DNA of 64,000 bases. Origin: Malacoraja senta (lineage: Eukaryota). Positions 14,096 through 27,600 of the stretch are shown here, piece by piece. Under the pieces are notes generated by a model, which saw only the letters and a list, made by a program, of their open reading frames with translations, had not been told where the DNA came from and ran no database searches. The stretch is taken from assembly GCA_038087875.1 (NCBI GenBank), contig CM075995.1, positions 4,032,001-4,096,000 on the forward strand, given 5' to 3'. Positions within the stretch are counted from its first letter, which is position 1. Each line of letters begins with the position of its first letter. The position numbers and the translations under genes are program-made.

Positions 14096-14704
14096 AACCT
14101 GTCTTCATCGACGGGACAGTGTTGGGAAGGGTCAAAAATGTCAAATTCCAGGCCATCCATATCTCTGAATTTCTGTCCTAAGTCTAGCACATTGATGCAA
14201 TCATAAATAAAGCCCATCAATGCCTCTACTTCCTCAAGAGACTGAGGAGATTTGGTTTGTCGACAGATACTCTCTTGATCTTCTACAGGTGTATGGTAGA
14301 GAGCATATTTACTGGTCGCATCATGACCTGGTTCGGCAACTCGAACGCCCAGGAACAAAGGAGATTGCAATAAGTGGTAGACAAAAAATGCTGGAGAAAC
14401 TCAGCGGGTGAGGCAGCATCTATGGAGAGAAGGAACGGGCCACATCTCGGGTCGAGACCCTTCTTCACTCTTTCAATATCTAGTCCATCACAGGTACTGA
14501 CCTCCCCACCATCGAAGGGATCTACAGGAGGCATGGTGAAACGTCCTTGATTGCAGTAGGGATTTGGGGGCATTGTTTTTGTCTTTGCACTATATTGTTT
14601 GTTTGTTTGTTTTCATATATTGAACTTATAGTTGTTTATGACAGTATCTACTGAGTACTGTCTTTACATATCTGTTGTGCTGCTACAGGTAAGAGTTTCA
14701 CTGT

Positions 14705-14825
14705 GTAAGAAGGAACTGCAGATGCTGGTTTAATCCGAAGATAGACACAAAAAGCTGGAGTAACTCAGCGGGACAGGCAGCATCTTTCGAGAGAAGGAAT
14801 GGGTGACGTTTCGGGTCGAGACCCT
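14705..14825 (-). mobile_element. Short PLE-related insertion with a 15-bp TSD
   Basis: TAAGAGTTTCACTGT at 14690-14704 and 14826-14840; begins within the hammerhead-like motif. Confidence 0.75.
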
Positions 14826-14841
14826 TAAGAGTTTCACTGTT

Positions 14842-15195
14842 CAAGAAGGAACTGCAGATGTTGGAAAATCGAAGGTAGACAAAAGTGCTGGAGAAACTCA
14901 GCGGGTGCGGCAGCATCTATGGAGCGAAGGAAATAGGCAAAGTTTCGGCCCAAAACCCTTCTTCAGACTGATGCGGGGCGGGAAGAAGAAAGGAAGAGGA
15001 AGAGCCAGAGGGCTGAGGGAGACTGGGGAGGGGAGGAGAAAGCAAGGGCTACCGGAAATTGGAGAAGTCAATGTTCAAGCCACTGGGGTGCAGACTGCCC
15101 AAGCGGAATATGAGGTGCTGCTCCACCAATTTCCGGTGGTGCTCACTCATACCATGGAGGAGGCCCAGGACAGAAAGGTTGGATTTGGAATGGGA
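14842..15195 (-). mobile_element. Penelope-like 3' fragment
   Basis: RKLVEQHLIFRLGSLHPSGLNIDF plus the same terminal repeat as 43640-43850. Confidence 0.85.
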
Positions 15196-18100
15196 CGATT
15201 TATGACAATAAAACACTCTTGACTGTTGAAGAGGCATGCTTCTTAATCATAATATGGCTGCAGTTATTAAGTGCCTGAGTAATTCAGCAGCTCAGGAAGA
15301 ATCTCTGGAGAAAATGGAGAGGTAACATTTCCAGACCCAAAATATCCCTTATCCATTTTTAAAGGGTCCTGACCTGAAATGTCACCAATCCATTTTCTAC
15401 CGAGATGCTGCCTGAACCACTGCGATACTCCAGCATTTTGTGTCTATCTTTGGTATAAACCAGCATCTGCAGTTCATTTTTATTACATATTTTCAAAGGC
15501 GTGTTACCCTATTATCCAATGTGCACATTCTAGACCATAAGACATAGGAGCAGAATTAGGCCATTTGGCCCATTGAGTCTGCTCTGCCATTCGCTCATGG
15601 CTGATCTATTTTTTTTCTTCCCAACCCCATTCTCCTGCCTTCTCCCCGCAACCTTTGACGCCCTTACTAATCAAAACCTTATCAATCTCCGCTTTAAAAA
15701 AAAACCAATCACTTGGCCTCCACCGCTCTCTGTGGCAATGAATTTCACAGATTCATCACCATCTGGCTAAAGAAATTTCTGCTCGAGAAGAGCTCACTTC
15801 TTTCAATTATTTCCCTTATCATGTATCTGTACACTGTAGATGGCTTGATTGTAATCATGTATTGCCTTTCCACTGACTGGTTAGCACGCAACAAAAGCTT
15901 TTCACTGTACCTCGGTACACGTGACAGTAAACTAAATTTAACTCAACTCCTCGACTAATGTCCACAGGTCCACTGCACGTCATCAACCAATATTAACTCG
16001 CCTCAAATTGGATGTGGCGTAGGAGACAGTAGAGACAGTAGGAGTCAGTAGAGACCAGGAGATGTAGATGCTGGAGTCTTGAGCAAACACCTAAGATAGG
16101 ATGAGCTCAGTAGGTCAGGCAGCATCTGTGGAGGGAAAGAATAAGCAAAGTTTTGGATCAAGACCCTTCTTCAGACTAATTGTAGTAGAGGGAAGAAAGC
16201 TGGAAAAGAGAGGTGGGGGTGGGACAAAGCCTAGCAAGTGATGTGGATACAGGTGAGGGGGGGTTGATTATCAAATGGGGGTGTCAGATAATGAGAGGGG
16301 AGTGTGATGTAAAGTCAGAGGGAGGGGTGTACGTAAGTGGAAAGGAGCAAAAGGGGCTCCATGCAGAGAGAAATAGGTTCACACCAGGGTGCGGAGGGGG
16401 CACAGGAAAGGGAGAGAGGTGGGGGGGGGGATATTCCTTAAAAGTGGAGAATTCAATGTTCGTAAGCATCAGGAACCCTCGGACTATCTTTGATCGGAGA
16501 CTACTGACTTTACCTTGCACTAAACGATATTCCCTTATCATGTATCTATCTATGCACTGCAAATGGCTCGATTGTAATCATGTATTGTCTTTCTGCTGAC
16601 TGGTTAGCATGCAACAAAAGCTTTTCACTGCACCTCAGTACACGTGACAATAAACTGAACTGGACCCCACATTCCCTACCCACCTTGGCTCCCTTTGTGG
16701 TCTGTTCAGTTTAATTTATATTACATTTGGCATATGGAAGTTTGTCAGATATAAGTGGCTTTTAAACTCCACCAGGGGCGCCACACGATTGGCAGCCCCG
16801 CCAACAGTCTGTGTGGTTTTTAGTGTGTGTTAAAAGTCTGTGTAAATTTTCTCCGGTTTATTTTCGGATTGCATCTCCGGGCGCTCTGCGGCCTACCATC
16901 GATGGAGTTGGAGGCCTCCTCGTACTGACTTTGGGCCTCACTTACATCGGGCGTGGACTTGCATCGGAGCCGATCCTTTGCCTGGGAATGCTCCAACCAT
17001 GGCCTGCAGACTTACCATCAAGAGCTCGCAGTCTCGGGAGAGGCTAGTCAGGAAGCTCGATCGACGCAGAGGCTCGACCAGCCCCGATTGTCCGACGCGG
17101 GGGAGCTGAAATCCCCCCGATGCAGGAGCTGTTCACCTCGATGCAGAGGGCCCAAACGCCGCCGGCTACGGGAGTCATGATCGTTCCGTCAACGGAGGGC
17201 TCGAGGCCCCCGACCGCAGGGGAGCTAAGGGAAGAGATTTGAACTTTTTTTCCCTTTCCATCACAGTGAGGAATGTGGAGGAGTCACTGTGGTGGATGTT
17301 TATGTTAAAATGTATTTTGTGTGTTCTGTTGCTTTTTATTTGTATGACTGACTTGGCAAATTAAATTCCTCTTATGTTGCAAAACATACTTGGCTAATAA
17401 AGTATTATTGTGATTGTGAATGTTAGGGGATAACTAAAGTCAATTAGACACAAAATGCTGGAGTAACTCAGCGGGTCAGGCAGCATCTCTGGAGAAAATG
17501 GATAGGTGAAGTTTCAGGTGGAGACCCTTCTTCAGACTGATTGCAGCCCCCCTGCTTGGGAACCTGACATTATTTCCCATTATTCTGCACTAATTAAAAA
17601 AAGATTGCATGACCAGAACTGTTTAAATGCTCTAATCTTGGCACAATTTCCACGTATTAATTTCTGGTAATGAGAAATCTGAAGCACACAGTCATAAAGA
17701 ATGCTTTATTATGCAAGCAAATTGCCTCAAAGTTGCGAGGTGGCTTTTACGTTAGATTAGTTTGATGGTTCATGATAGGCCAATGAAAGATTTTTGTGGG
17801 TTCAACACTGGAAAATTCAATGATGCACCAAGTCAAAGGAATAACCATATAATATAACCATATAACAATTACTGCACGGAAACAGGCCATCTCGGCCCTT
17901 CTAGTCCGTGCCAAACCCTTTCTCTCACCTAGTCCCATCTACCTGCACTCAGACCATAACCCTCCATTCCTTTCCCGTCCATATACCTATCCAATTTATT
18001 TTTAAATGATAAAATCGAACCTCGACTTTAAGAGCCCGCAGAAAATCGAATCATGAACAAACTCTGCATGCTCGACTGGGTAAAGGCCATTTCTGGTGGT

Positions 18101-18237
18101 CAATTGATCGGGACTTGGATTCACAGGGAGGATCAGGGATTGAAAAGGAAATAATAATAATAACAATAACTTTATTTGTACAGCACTATTCATACAATTG
18201 AATGCAACCCAAAGCGCTTTCCACACAAACACAGGTC

Positions 18238-18567
18238 TTTGTGTTCCCAATGTTGGGCGAGTCCAGAACCAGGGGCCACAGTCTTAGAATAAAGGGGAGG
18301 CCATTTAAGACTGAGGTGAGAAAAAACTTTTTCACCCAGAGAGTTGTGAATTTGTGGAATTCCCTGCCACAGAGGGCAGTGGAGGCCAAATCACTTGATG
18401 GATTTAAGAGAGAGTTGGATAGAGCTCTAGGGGCTAGTGGAATCAAGGGATATGGGGAGAAGGCAGGCACGGGTTATTGATTGGGGACGATCAGCCATGA
18501 TCACAATGAATGGTGGTGCTGGCTCGAAGGGCCGAATGGCCTCCTGCACCCATATTCTATGTTTCTA
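18238..18567 (+). mobile_element. CR1 LINE 3' fragment
   Basis: ESRTRGHSLRIKG..FFTQRVVNLWNSLP. Confidence 0.88.
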
Positions 18568-19016
18568 AACAAAAATACAATTTGAAACAGTAAAGACGTA
18601 GACAATTAATAGCTCAAAAAGTACAGATTTATATAAAAATATAAATTAAAAATTGAAAAATTGAGAGTGTAAAAGGACAAAAACCAAAACCACTGAGGTC
18701 CAATACAGTCCCATATACTATATCTCACAAGCTGCTGAAGGATATGCTAAGATAAATACAAGCGAATAAAGGTATTTTCTACAATGTCAGCAGAAGAAGT
18801 AAAGTCAGTTAAAAGCTTGATTGAAAAGATAAGTTTTTAGCTGCCGTTTAAAAATGTCGACTGAGTGGATGTGGGGAAGTGTATAGAGAGTTGAAGGTGA
18901 GGTTAGCTATAGGGGATGGGCAGCGAGGTGCTATGGAGGATGTGGGGAAGTGCGTGGCGTTGTGATGTGAATAGAAACATGAGAAAAATATTATCAAATC
19001 TTATTACAAAAGATAA

Positions 19017-19210
19017 GGGTGGCGCAGTGGTCGAGTTGCTGCCTCGCAGTGCCAGAGACCCAGGTTCAATCCTGATGATGGGTGTTTGTCTGTACAGAGT
19101 TTGTGCGTTCTCCCCGCGACCTGTGTGGGTTTTTCCCAGGAGCTCCGGTTTCCTCCCATACTCCAAAGACAGACAGCTTTGTAGGTGAATTGGCTTGGTA
19201 AAATTGTAAC
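19017..19210 (+). mobile_element. HE1-like SINE, 3' end broken by microsatellite
   Basis: GGTGGCGCAGTGG..GGTTCAATCC head and core. Confidence 0.8.
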
Positions 19211-19211
19211 T

Positions 19212-19315
19212 ATGTGTCTCTCTCTCCGAGTCTGTGTGTGTCTCTCTCTGACTGTGTGTGTGTCTCACTGTGTGCGTGTGTATCTTTCTGACTGTGTGTG
19301 TATCTCTCTCTGAGT

Positions 19316-19347
<32 letters not shown>

Positions 19348-19498
19348 CTGAGTATGTGGGCGAGAGAGAGGTTGATAGAGGGGGAGAGAGGGGAGAGGGG
19401 GGGAGGAGAGGGGGGTAGAGGGGGGTAGAGGGGGGTGGAAGAGGGGGGGAAAGGGGGGGGAGAGGTGGGGTAGAAGAGGGGGGGAAGAGGGGGGGGGG
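19212..19498 (+). repeat. Compound (CT)/(GT) microsatellite followed by a G/A-rich polypurine tract
   Basis: Seen directly in the sequence. Confidence 0.9.
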
Positions 19499-21677
19499 AC
19501 TCCACCTGTTGAATAACTGGTCTCTCTCCTCGGTACAGAGTATAAAGTTTTTTGCACGGGCAATGGCAAATCTCCTGGGCTCCGTGCTGTCCCAACTGAT
19601 CCATCCGGACCAGTCCTATACATTCCCTGGCCGGTCCATTCCGAATAACATCCACCTAGTTAGGGACCTGATTCATCTATCTCAGGGTACTGGTCAGTCA
19701 GCTGCATTTCTGTCCCTTGATCAGGAGAAGGCTTTTGACTGGGTAGATCATGACTACCTCTTCGGGACGCTGCAAGTGTTTGGATTTGGACGGCATTTTG
19801 TGGCCCGGGTCTTGCTTTTGTACACTGCAGTGGAGTGCCTCGTGAAGGTTAATGGTGCATTGTTGGCTCCCTTTCATTTTGGGAGGGGGGTCCGTCAGGG
19901 GTGCCCCATGTCGGGTCAGTTGTACTCGGTCTGTGTGGAGCCGTTCCTGTGTCTTCTTCGGAGGAGGTTGACAGGCCTGGCTCTACCAGGTCCGGGGGTG
20001 GAGGTGGTTCTTTCGGCATATGCGGATGATGTACTTCTTATGTTCACTGATCCTGGTGACCTGTGGAGGATGCGTGACTGCCAGAGGATTTTCTCGGCTG
20101 CATCTTCTGCCAGGATTAACTGGAGTAAGTGCTCTGGTCGTTTAGTGGGTCAGTGGCAGGTGGACTCCCTGCTGGAGGAGATGGCAAGGTATGTGTGGAG
20201 CACCACACATCTCCTCTACCTGGGGGTTTACCTGAGTCCCACTGAGGATGCTTGGCCGGCGAACTGGCAGGAGTTGGAGACGAAAGTGGTTGCCCGGTTG
20301 GGGCGCTGGTCAGGCGTGCTTGGAGTTCTTTCCTTTCAGGGGAGGGTGCTGGTCATAAACCAGCTGGTGACCTCCATGTTATGGTACCGGCTGGCTACTC
20401 TTGTCCCACCTTCCATATTTGTAAATGCTCTTCAGAAGAAGCTGGTAGATTTCTTCTGGGGAAATAGGAAGCACTGGGTCTCTGCAGCGGTCCTGAGTCT
20501 CCCATTAGAGGAGGGCGGCCAGTCCTTGGTATGCGTGCGTATCCAGGTGGCGGCTCTCCGTCTCAGGACTCTGCGGAGGTATATGTATGTAGAGAACCCC
20601 CCCAGATGGCACGCTCTGGCCACGTATTTTTTTCGTCGTGGTCGTTGCCTAGGGGGGGGTCTCGCGGCTCCCGGTGGCGGGCATCAGTCGACCCGCCCTA
20701 AGGGGTTTGCCCGTTTTCTACCGGGATGTGCTCAGAGTGAGGAATTTGGTTGTTTTCAGCCAGCGTGTTGTTCTACGAGGGGAGGGGGATGTTGCGGCTG
20801 TGGGAGTGGCCGGTCCTCGCCCAGTCATGGCGGGTGTCGAGGAGAGGCGAGCGCCTAGAGTGGTTCTGGCTGAGCTTTCAATTGCTCCGTCAGATCTGCT
20901 CATCGGGCCTAGGCTCCGGGATATATCTCGGGCACCGGCTCCACACAACCTGAGCCGCATTTCTGAGATGATCAGCATACCGTTTCGTGATGCGAAGAGA
21001 CGCACATTGTATAGGATGTTCCTGCACATTCTGCACCTCCTTGCCTTTGTTTCCCGTCCTGACACACCTTGGCGGACGGTATTACCACCTGACCTTGGGG
21101 GGGGGTCCCTGGTGGGGGTCCTTCTATACGGGAGTTGTCCCCCTTTACATTGGGGAGACTGTTGCATGGAGACTGTTGCAAGGAAGAAACCGTGTCCCAC
21201 GTATACATGGAGTGTGAGAGGTTACTGCCCCTGTACCAATATCTGAAGGGGTTGTTCCCTAAGTTCTGGTTGCATTTTAGTCCCACGATTCTAGTGTGTG
21301 GGCATACGGTAGGGTGTGGGGAGAGCCAAGTGGGGGGGTGGGACCTCCCTGTTGGTTTGCTCCTGGGCCTGGCCAAGATGGCCACTTGTGGGTCCAGGCA
21401 GCGGGCGGTCGATGGTGAGGCGAGAGTTGGCTGCCTGCCCCTCTTCCGGGCGTACGTCCGTGCACGGGTGTCCCTGGAGCGGGAATATGCGGTGTCCACG
21501 GGGACTCTGGAGGCCTTCCGTGGGTGATGGTCACCACGTGGGGTGGAGAGTATAATAAATAATGAATGTACTGTTGTACTATAATGATGTGTTTTGATAT
21601 AATGTATCTTTTGAGTATGTATTGATGTGATGTATCATTGAGTGTGTTGAATAAAGATTTTGAAAAAAAAAAAAAAA
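19495..21677 (+). mobile_element. 5'-truncated copy of the same Tx1 family with a poly(A) tail
   Basis: Aligns to 26190-28430 at high identity; starts inside RT; ends with AATAAA and an A-run at 21663-21677. Confidence 0.92.
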
Positions 21678-21741
21678 GGGAGAGGGAGAGGGAGAGGGAG
21701 AGGGAGAGGGAGAGGGAGAGGGAGAGGGAGAGGGAGAGGGA
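21678..21741 (+). repeat. (GGGAGA)n microsatellite between the two Tx1 copies
   Basis: About 10 perfect hexamer units. Confidence 0.95.
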
Positions 21742-22261
21742 GCGAGCTTTTTCAGCTCTGAAGTTGAGACGGATTGAAGCAGCTTTTCAAGGACTTTGTC
21801 GATGGGGAAGGAACAGAGGCAGAGGGGCTTCGTAGGTTAACTTATCATTGGACTGGTGAAACTCACCTCTGCTCTAGGAATCCTCCACGATTGTGAAGAT
21901 TCCTGAGATTTTGCTCCATTGTCGAGGGTGCGGTTGTCGTTGGTGGACTGCCAAGAGTGCCTGGAGATCGAGGGTATGAAGATTGTAGTGTTTTGTCATT
22001 TTTTTAGCACCGTTTCTCTGCCCTAAAGGCATTTTGCTCAGGCGGATGCCGGGCTTAATGTGAAGATGGTACTTTTGCTTCCGGCAAGACTGGGTTAGAG
22101 CTTCCCAAAAGCTGCTCTCGGCTGTGGACATATTTGGGGATTTTCTTGCTTCAGCTGGAGGCTTCTGATTTCTGCTACTTGCATTTGACTGTGACTGTCT
22201 GCGGGACTTAACGTGGAGCTGAGCTGCTGGGCTGACTGGAGCTGGTTGTGCCTCTGTCAGG

Positions 22262-24576
22262 ATGGCGATGGCTGAGGCGCGGCCGAAGAACCGGAGCTAC
22301 GCAGTGGCGGCATCAGAGGCGGATGCGAGACCATCAGAGTATGAGCCTTCTGTTGACTTGGATTGGGGCAGGTTTGGTATCTCGGTCCAAACTGGGCCCC
22401 AGATGTCAAGGGGAGTAATTACAAAGGCCGTGAATGGCCTTATTGGGGGGCGGGCTGTTGTCTCTTCCGAGCTTGAAAGAGGAAAGGTGGAGATGATATT
22501 AAAGACCCGGGAGGGTGTGGCCATGGCGTTGGAGAGGGGGATCTCAGTGGGGGGGGTCCACATACAGGTGGATCCGTGGGTATCTAGGGTGAGCGGTTCT
22601 CCTGCGGAGTTGCCCCACATTTATTCCGGATTCTACACTTATTCCACACCTGTCTAAGGTTGGGGAGGTGAGGTCTAAGTGCTTTAGGCTCAGGCACCCC
22701 GGGGGGGACCCGGAGGAAAGAGGGATCTTTAGTTTTAAGAGGAGGGTGTTTCTGAAGGTGGGTGAGGGCGAAGGCGCGGAGGGGAGCTTTGAGGTGGAGT
22801 GTCTGAGTCTCCGTAGAACCGTGTATTGGAGTTGAGGGAAGGCACGGTGTCATGCGTGTGGAGAATTTGGACATCTCCGTAAAGAGTGTCTTTTTCACGG
22901 GGTCGCTGCTAGAAGTTCTAGCGCAGCGGCCCAGGATTGCACTGCAGGCCCATCCGGGGTGGCTCATCATGCCTCGGTGGCGCTGGGTGGCACTGCTGAC
23001 CTGGCTAGGGCGGCTAGCTCTACCTCGGGGATCCGGGGCGGAAGTGATAGCCCATCTGGGTCTGCAAGTTCCGCCTTGGGGACCCGGGGCGGGGATGGCC
23101 TCCGCCCCCTGCGTCCTGAGCCTGTGGAGGTGGTGGTGGCTAATGGTGAGGTGCAGGGCGAGGGTGAAGAGGGGGAGGATGCAGAGGGGGAGGGGAATTG
23201 GGAGGTGCAGAAGAAGAGGAGGAGGACGAGACAGGTCAATCAAGAGAGTCTATCGCAATCTGAGACCACCCAAGGGGCGCCTGTCAGCTCTAGTGAGGTC
23301 CAGAGTGTGCTTGCCGTGGCCCAGCAAGGAGATGAGGTGGCTCAGACGTGGGTAGGGATGGTAAAGTGTGCGGGTGGTAAAGTGGCTGGGGGTAGTGTCG
23401 AGGAGGAAGACCCTTCCTTTATGGAGGTCACCGTACCGCCGCATGCTAGTGGGGTAAAAAGGAGGTTTAGGCCTGGCGAGGAAGAGGAAGTTAGGGGGAC
23501 GACTTTTTCCAGACCTTCCACCACTGATGTGGTTGGTGGTCAAGAAATGGTGTCTTCCGGGTTGGAGGTTGGGCCTCCATTTCAGGGATCTTCCGCGGGG
23601 ATTATAGGACCAGGTGATGGGGTTGATTCCTCTGGAGTTGTGTCCTCTGGGTGGGTGGATGTCCCTTCATCTCAGGGGCCCTCCGATGGAGTTATCTCAT
23701 CGGGTATTGAGGTTAGCTCCCCTGGGTGTGTGTCCTCTGGGTCGGAGGAGGTCCCCTCGTTTCAGAAGCCTCTTGAGGGTGATGGAACGCCAGAGGATGT
23801 GGTATGCGCCCCTGGTAGTGGGGTCCCTGAGATGGGGGATGAGCAGAGTCAGCCCGAGGGGGGTGGTTCGGGGGCTTTGGTGTTCCAGTCTGTGCTCCAC
23901 ATCAGAGCCAGTGGTGGTGATGGGGGGTGTGCTGCATCGCCGGATGAGTTGGTAGGGGAGAGGCTAAAGGAAAGTGGAGAGCCTCTGGGTGCTGCCAGTG
24001 GAGGTGATGCTATAGGTGCTGTGGAGGTCGGGGATAGTTCGGGTGGTGATCTCCCTTTAGTTTCCGGGGGATGCCAGTGTATCACAGGCCCTGGGGGTGC
24101 CTAGTGTTTTTGCTTCCCCAGGCCCAGGCGTAGAGGGTGATGGTACCGTGCAGGTCCCCAGCCAGTCAGGGGGCTGCCTGTTGCAGTCATGGGTTTCGGG
24201 ACCCTTACCCAGCATTGATACTGGGGGTGGTGTCTTGCTGGAGGAGTGGGAGAGTGCTCAGGAAAGTTTGTGTAGTGGGGGTGACGAGCTTTCGGAGAGC
24301 TCTGGTCTTTCAAATTCTGAAAGCGACCTTGAACATTGTGGTGTGGAGCCTGTTGTTGCAGGTGCGAGTGAGTTGGCTGAGTGCCCAGGCTCCAAGGCCG
24401 AGTCTCATGTACGTGATATACGGGAGGTTCGAGAATTCCTCAAAACAAACCGCTCTAGCAGAACAAGAATGGATGCTGCTAAAAGGCGGTGGGCTGATCT
24501 GCCAGTTTTGATTCAGACTCTCGAGGCTATTCTTGGCAACAGGGAGAGTGATCTTCCTGTCTTAGAGCAGAGCTAG
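22262..24576 (+). pseudogene. Tx1 ORF1 (gag-like), frameshifted
   Basis: N-terminus RSYAVAA...GISVGGVHIQVDP, CCHC knuckle near 22850, and a long low-complexity G/S/E linker. Confidence 0.8.
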
Positions 24577-24649
24577 TTTGGGGACTTTTGGGTGTTCCTC
24601 AGACAGAGAGTTGTTGTGTCAACGGGGAGTATGAGGGGTTTAATCTAGT

Positions 24650-27600
24650 GTGCCTTCACATTCACCGTCGCAACATTAAACTTAAACGGGAGTAGAGCGA
24701 GTTTTCGTAGATTTCAGCTTTTATTAGTCCTTAAAGAGGGGAGATTTGCAGTGTGTTTTCTGCAGGAGACGCACACAGTTGTTAGTGATGAACCTACATG
24801 GAGACTGGAGTGGGAAGGAGGGGCTTACATGAGCAATCTCAGCTCGAATTCGAGTGGGGTGGCCTTTCTGTTGGCCCAGAATTTCCTGCCAACTATTCTA
24901 AAAGTGCAAGAAGTTGTGCCAGGACGTTTGCTCCATCTGGCCGTGAGCCTGGATGGCATGCTGTTGCATTTCATTAACGTGTATGCCCCTAGCTCCGGTA
25001 CGATGCAGGCCGGCCTAATTCAGGAGGTGACTGCTCTGTTGAGCACTATTGATAGGGGAGAGTGTGTCTTCCTTGGTGGGGACTTTAATTGCACACTTGA
25101 GGCGCGAGATCGTTCTGGTACTCAGTGTGCCCCTGCTGTAGCGAAGAAGTTGAGAGGGTTGATTGAATCCTTTGAGCTGGTTGATGTGTGGCGGAACCTC
25201 CACCCGGATTCCACTGCGTTTTCGCGGAGGTCTGAGGGTGGTGGTTCCCGTATTGATCGATATATATTTCCCGAGCGTTTTTTGCCCGTGTCTCAGCAGC
25301 CTCAATGCGGTTGGTGCCGTGTTCGGATCACTGTCTGGTGCGTGTGGACTTCAATCCGGCACGTACTCGGGCTGGGTCCGCGTACTGGCACTTTAACAAC
25401 CGGCTGCTGGAGGATCGGTGTTTCCGGGAGTCATTCAGTCGGTTTTGGGTGAAGAGGAGAGAGAGGCGGAGGTGCTTCTCTTCCCTTAGGCAGTGGTGGG
25501 ATGTGGGGAAGGCTCACATCCGTCTCTTTTGTAAGGAGTATACGTGGGGGTCGACCGGACGGCGGGACTCAGCAGTCGAGAGGCTTGAGAGGGAGCTACT
25601 GGGTGCAGAGTCTCGCCTGGGTCGGGTTGGTGAGGACTCCTGTGAATGGGGAGAGTTTCAGGAGAAGAAGGAAGCCTTGAGGAACCTGCTGCTTGAGCGG
25701 TCCCGAGGCGCTTTCGTGAGGGCGCGGGTCCAGATGATGCAAGATCTGGACCGAGCTTCGCCTTTCTTTTTCTCTCTGGAGAAAGGGAGGGGAGCCTGCA
25801 AACAGCTCGTACAGCTGCTCGCAGATGATGGCTCCTCTGTCACTGATCCGGAGAGGATCAGTGAGGAGGTCAGGTCCTTTTATGGGTCCCTGTTCTCCAC
25901 AGGGGGATTCAACGGGGAGGCTCAGCAGGACTTGTGGGAGGGTCTACCGACTGTTGATAGGGAGGTGGCCGATCTTCTTGATGGGCCCTTATCTTTGGAG
26001 GAGTTGACTTGTGCATTGTTTCAGCTCAGGAAGGGTAAGTCACCCGGGCTGGATGGGTTGACGGTAGAGTTTGTCAGAGCTTTCTGGGATATCCTGGGGG
26101 GTGATTACATGTTGGTGCTGGGGGCGAGTCTGGCGGCCGGGGCGATGCCCCTCTCGTGGTGTAGGGCAGTTGTTGTCTTGCTGCCCAAGAAGGGCGAACT
26201 CTGCTTGTTGAAGAACTGGAGGCCGGTCTCTCTCCTATGTACAGTATAAAGTATTTGCACGGGCAATGGCAAATCGCCTGGGCCCTGTGCTGTCTCAAAT
26301 GATTCATCCTGACCAGTCCTATACAGTCCCTGGCAGGTCCATTCAGGATAATATCCACCTGGTTCGGGACCTGATTCATCTAGCTCAGGGTACTGGTCAG
26401 TCAGCTGCTTTTATGTCTCTTGATCAGGAGAAGGCTTTTGATAGGGTAGAGCATGATTACCTATTTGGAACGTTGCAAGCGTTTGGACTTGGATCGCATT
26501 TTGTGGCCCGGGTCCGGCTTCTGTACGCTTCAGCGGAGTGCCTTGTGAAGGTTAATGGTGCGTTGTTGGCTCCCATTCATTTTGGGAGGGGGGTCCGTCA
26601 GGGGTGCCCCATGTTGGGTCAGTTGTACTCGGTCTGTGTGGAGCCGTTCCTTTGTCTTCTTCGGAGGAGGTTGAAAGGCCTGGCCCTACCTGGCCCGGGG
26701 GTGGAGGTGGTTCTTTCGGCGTATGCAGATGATGTACTCCTTATGTTCACTGATCCTGGTGACCTGCGGAGGATGCGTGACTGCCAGGAGATTTTCTCAG
26801 CTGCATCTTCTGCCAGGATTAACTGGAGTAAGTGCTCTGGTCTTTTAGTGGGTCAGTGGCAGGTGGATTCCCTGCGGAGGAGATGGAAAGGTATGTGTGG
26901 AGCACCACACATCTCCTCTATCTGGGGGTTTACCTGAGCCCCACTGAGGATGCTTGGCCGGCGAACTGGCAGGAGTTGGAGACGAAAGTGGTTGCCCGGC
27001 TGGGGCGCTGGTCGGGCTTGCTTGGAGTTCTTTCCTTTCAGGGGAGGGTGATGGTCATAAATCAGCTGGTGGCCTCTATGTTATGGTACCGGCTGGCTAC
27101 TCTTGTCCCACCTTCCATATTTGTAAATGCTCTACAGAAGAAGCTGGTAGATTTCTTTTGGGGAAATAGGAAGCACTGGGTCTCTGCAGCGGTCCTGAGT
27201 CTCCCGTTAGAGGAGGGCGGCCAGTCCTTGGTATGCGTGCGTACCCAGGTGGCGGCTCTCCGTCTCAGGACTCTGCGGAGGTATATGTATATAGAGAACC
27301 TCCCCAGATGGCACGCTCTGGCCACGTATTTTTTCGTCGGGGTCGTTGCCTAGGGGGGGTCTCGCGGCTCCCGGTGGTGGGCATCAGTCGACCCGCCCTA
27401 AGGGGTTTGCCTGTTTTCTACCGGGATGTGCTCAGAGTGAGGAATTTGGCTGTTTTCAGCCAGCGTGTTGTTCTACGAGGGGAGGGGGATGTTGCGGCTG
27501 CGGGAGTGGCCGGTCCTCGCCCAGTCATGGCGGGTGTCGAGGAGAGGCGCGCGCCTAGAGTGGTTCTGGCTGAGCTTTCAATTGCTCCGTCAGATCTGCT

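Noticed and set aside
18903..19655. 250-aa Pro/His/Thr-rich ORF
   Set aside because: Read-through of microsatellite, SINE and antisense Tx1 sequence
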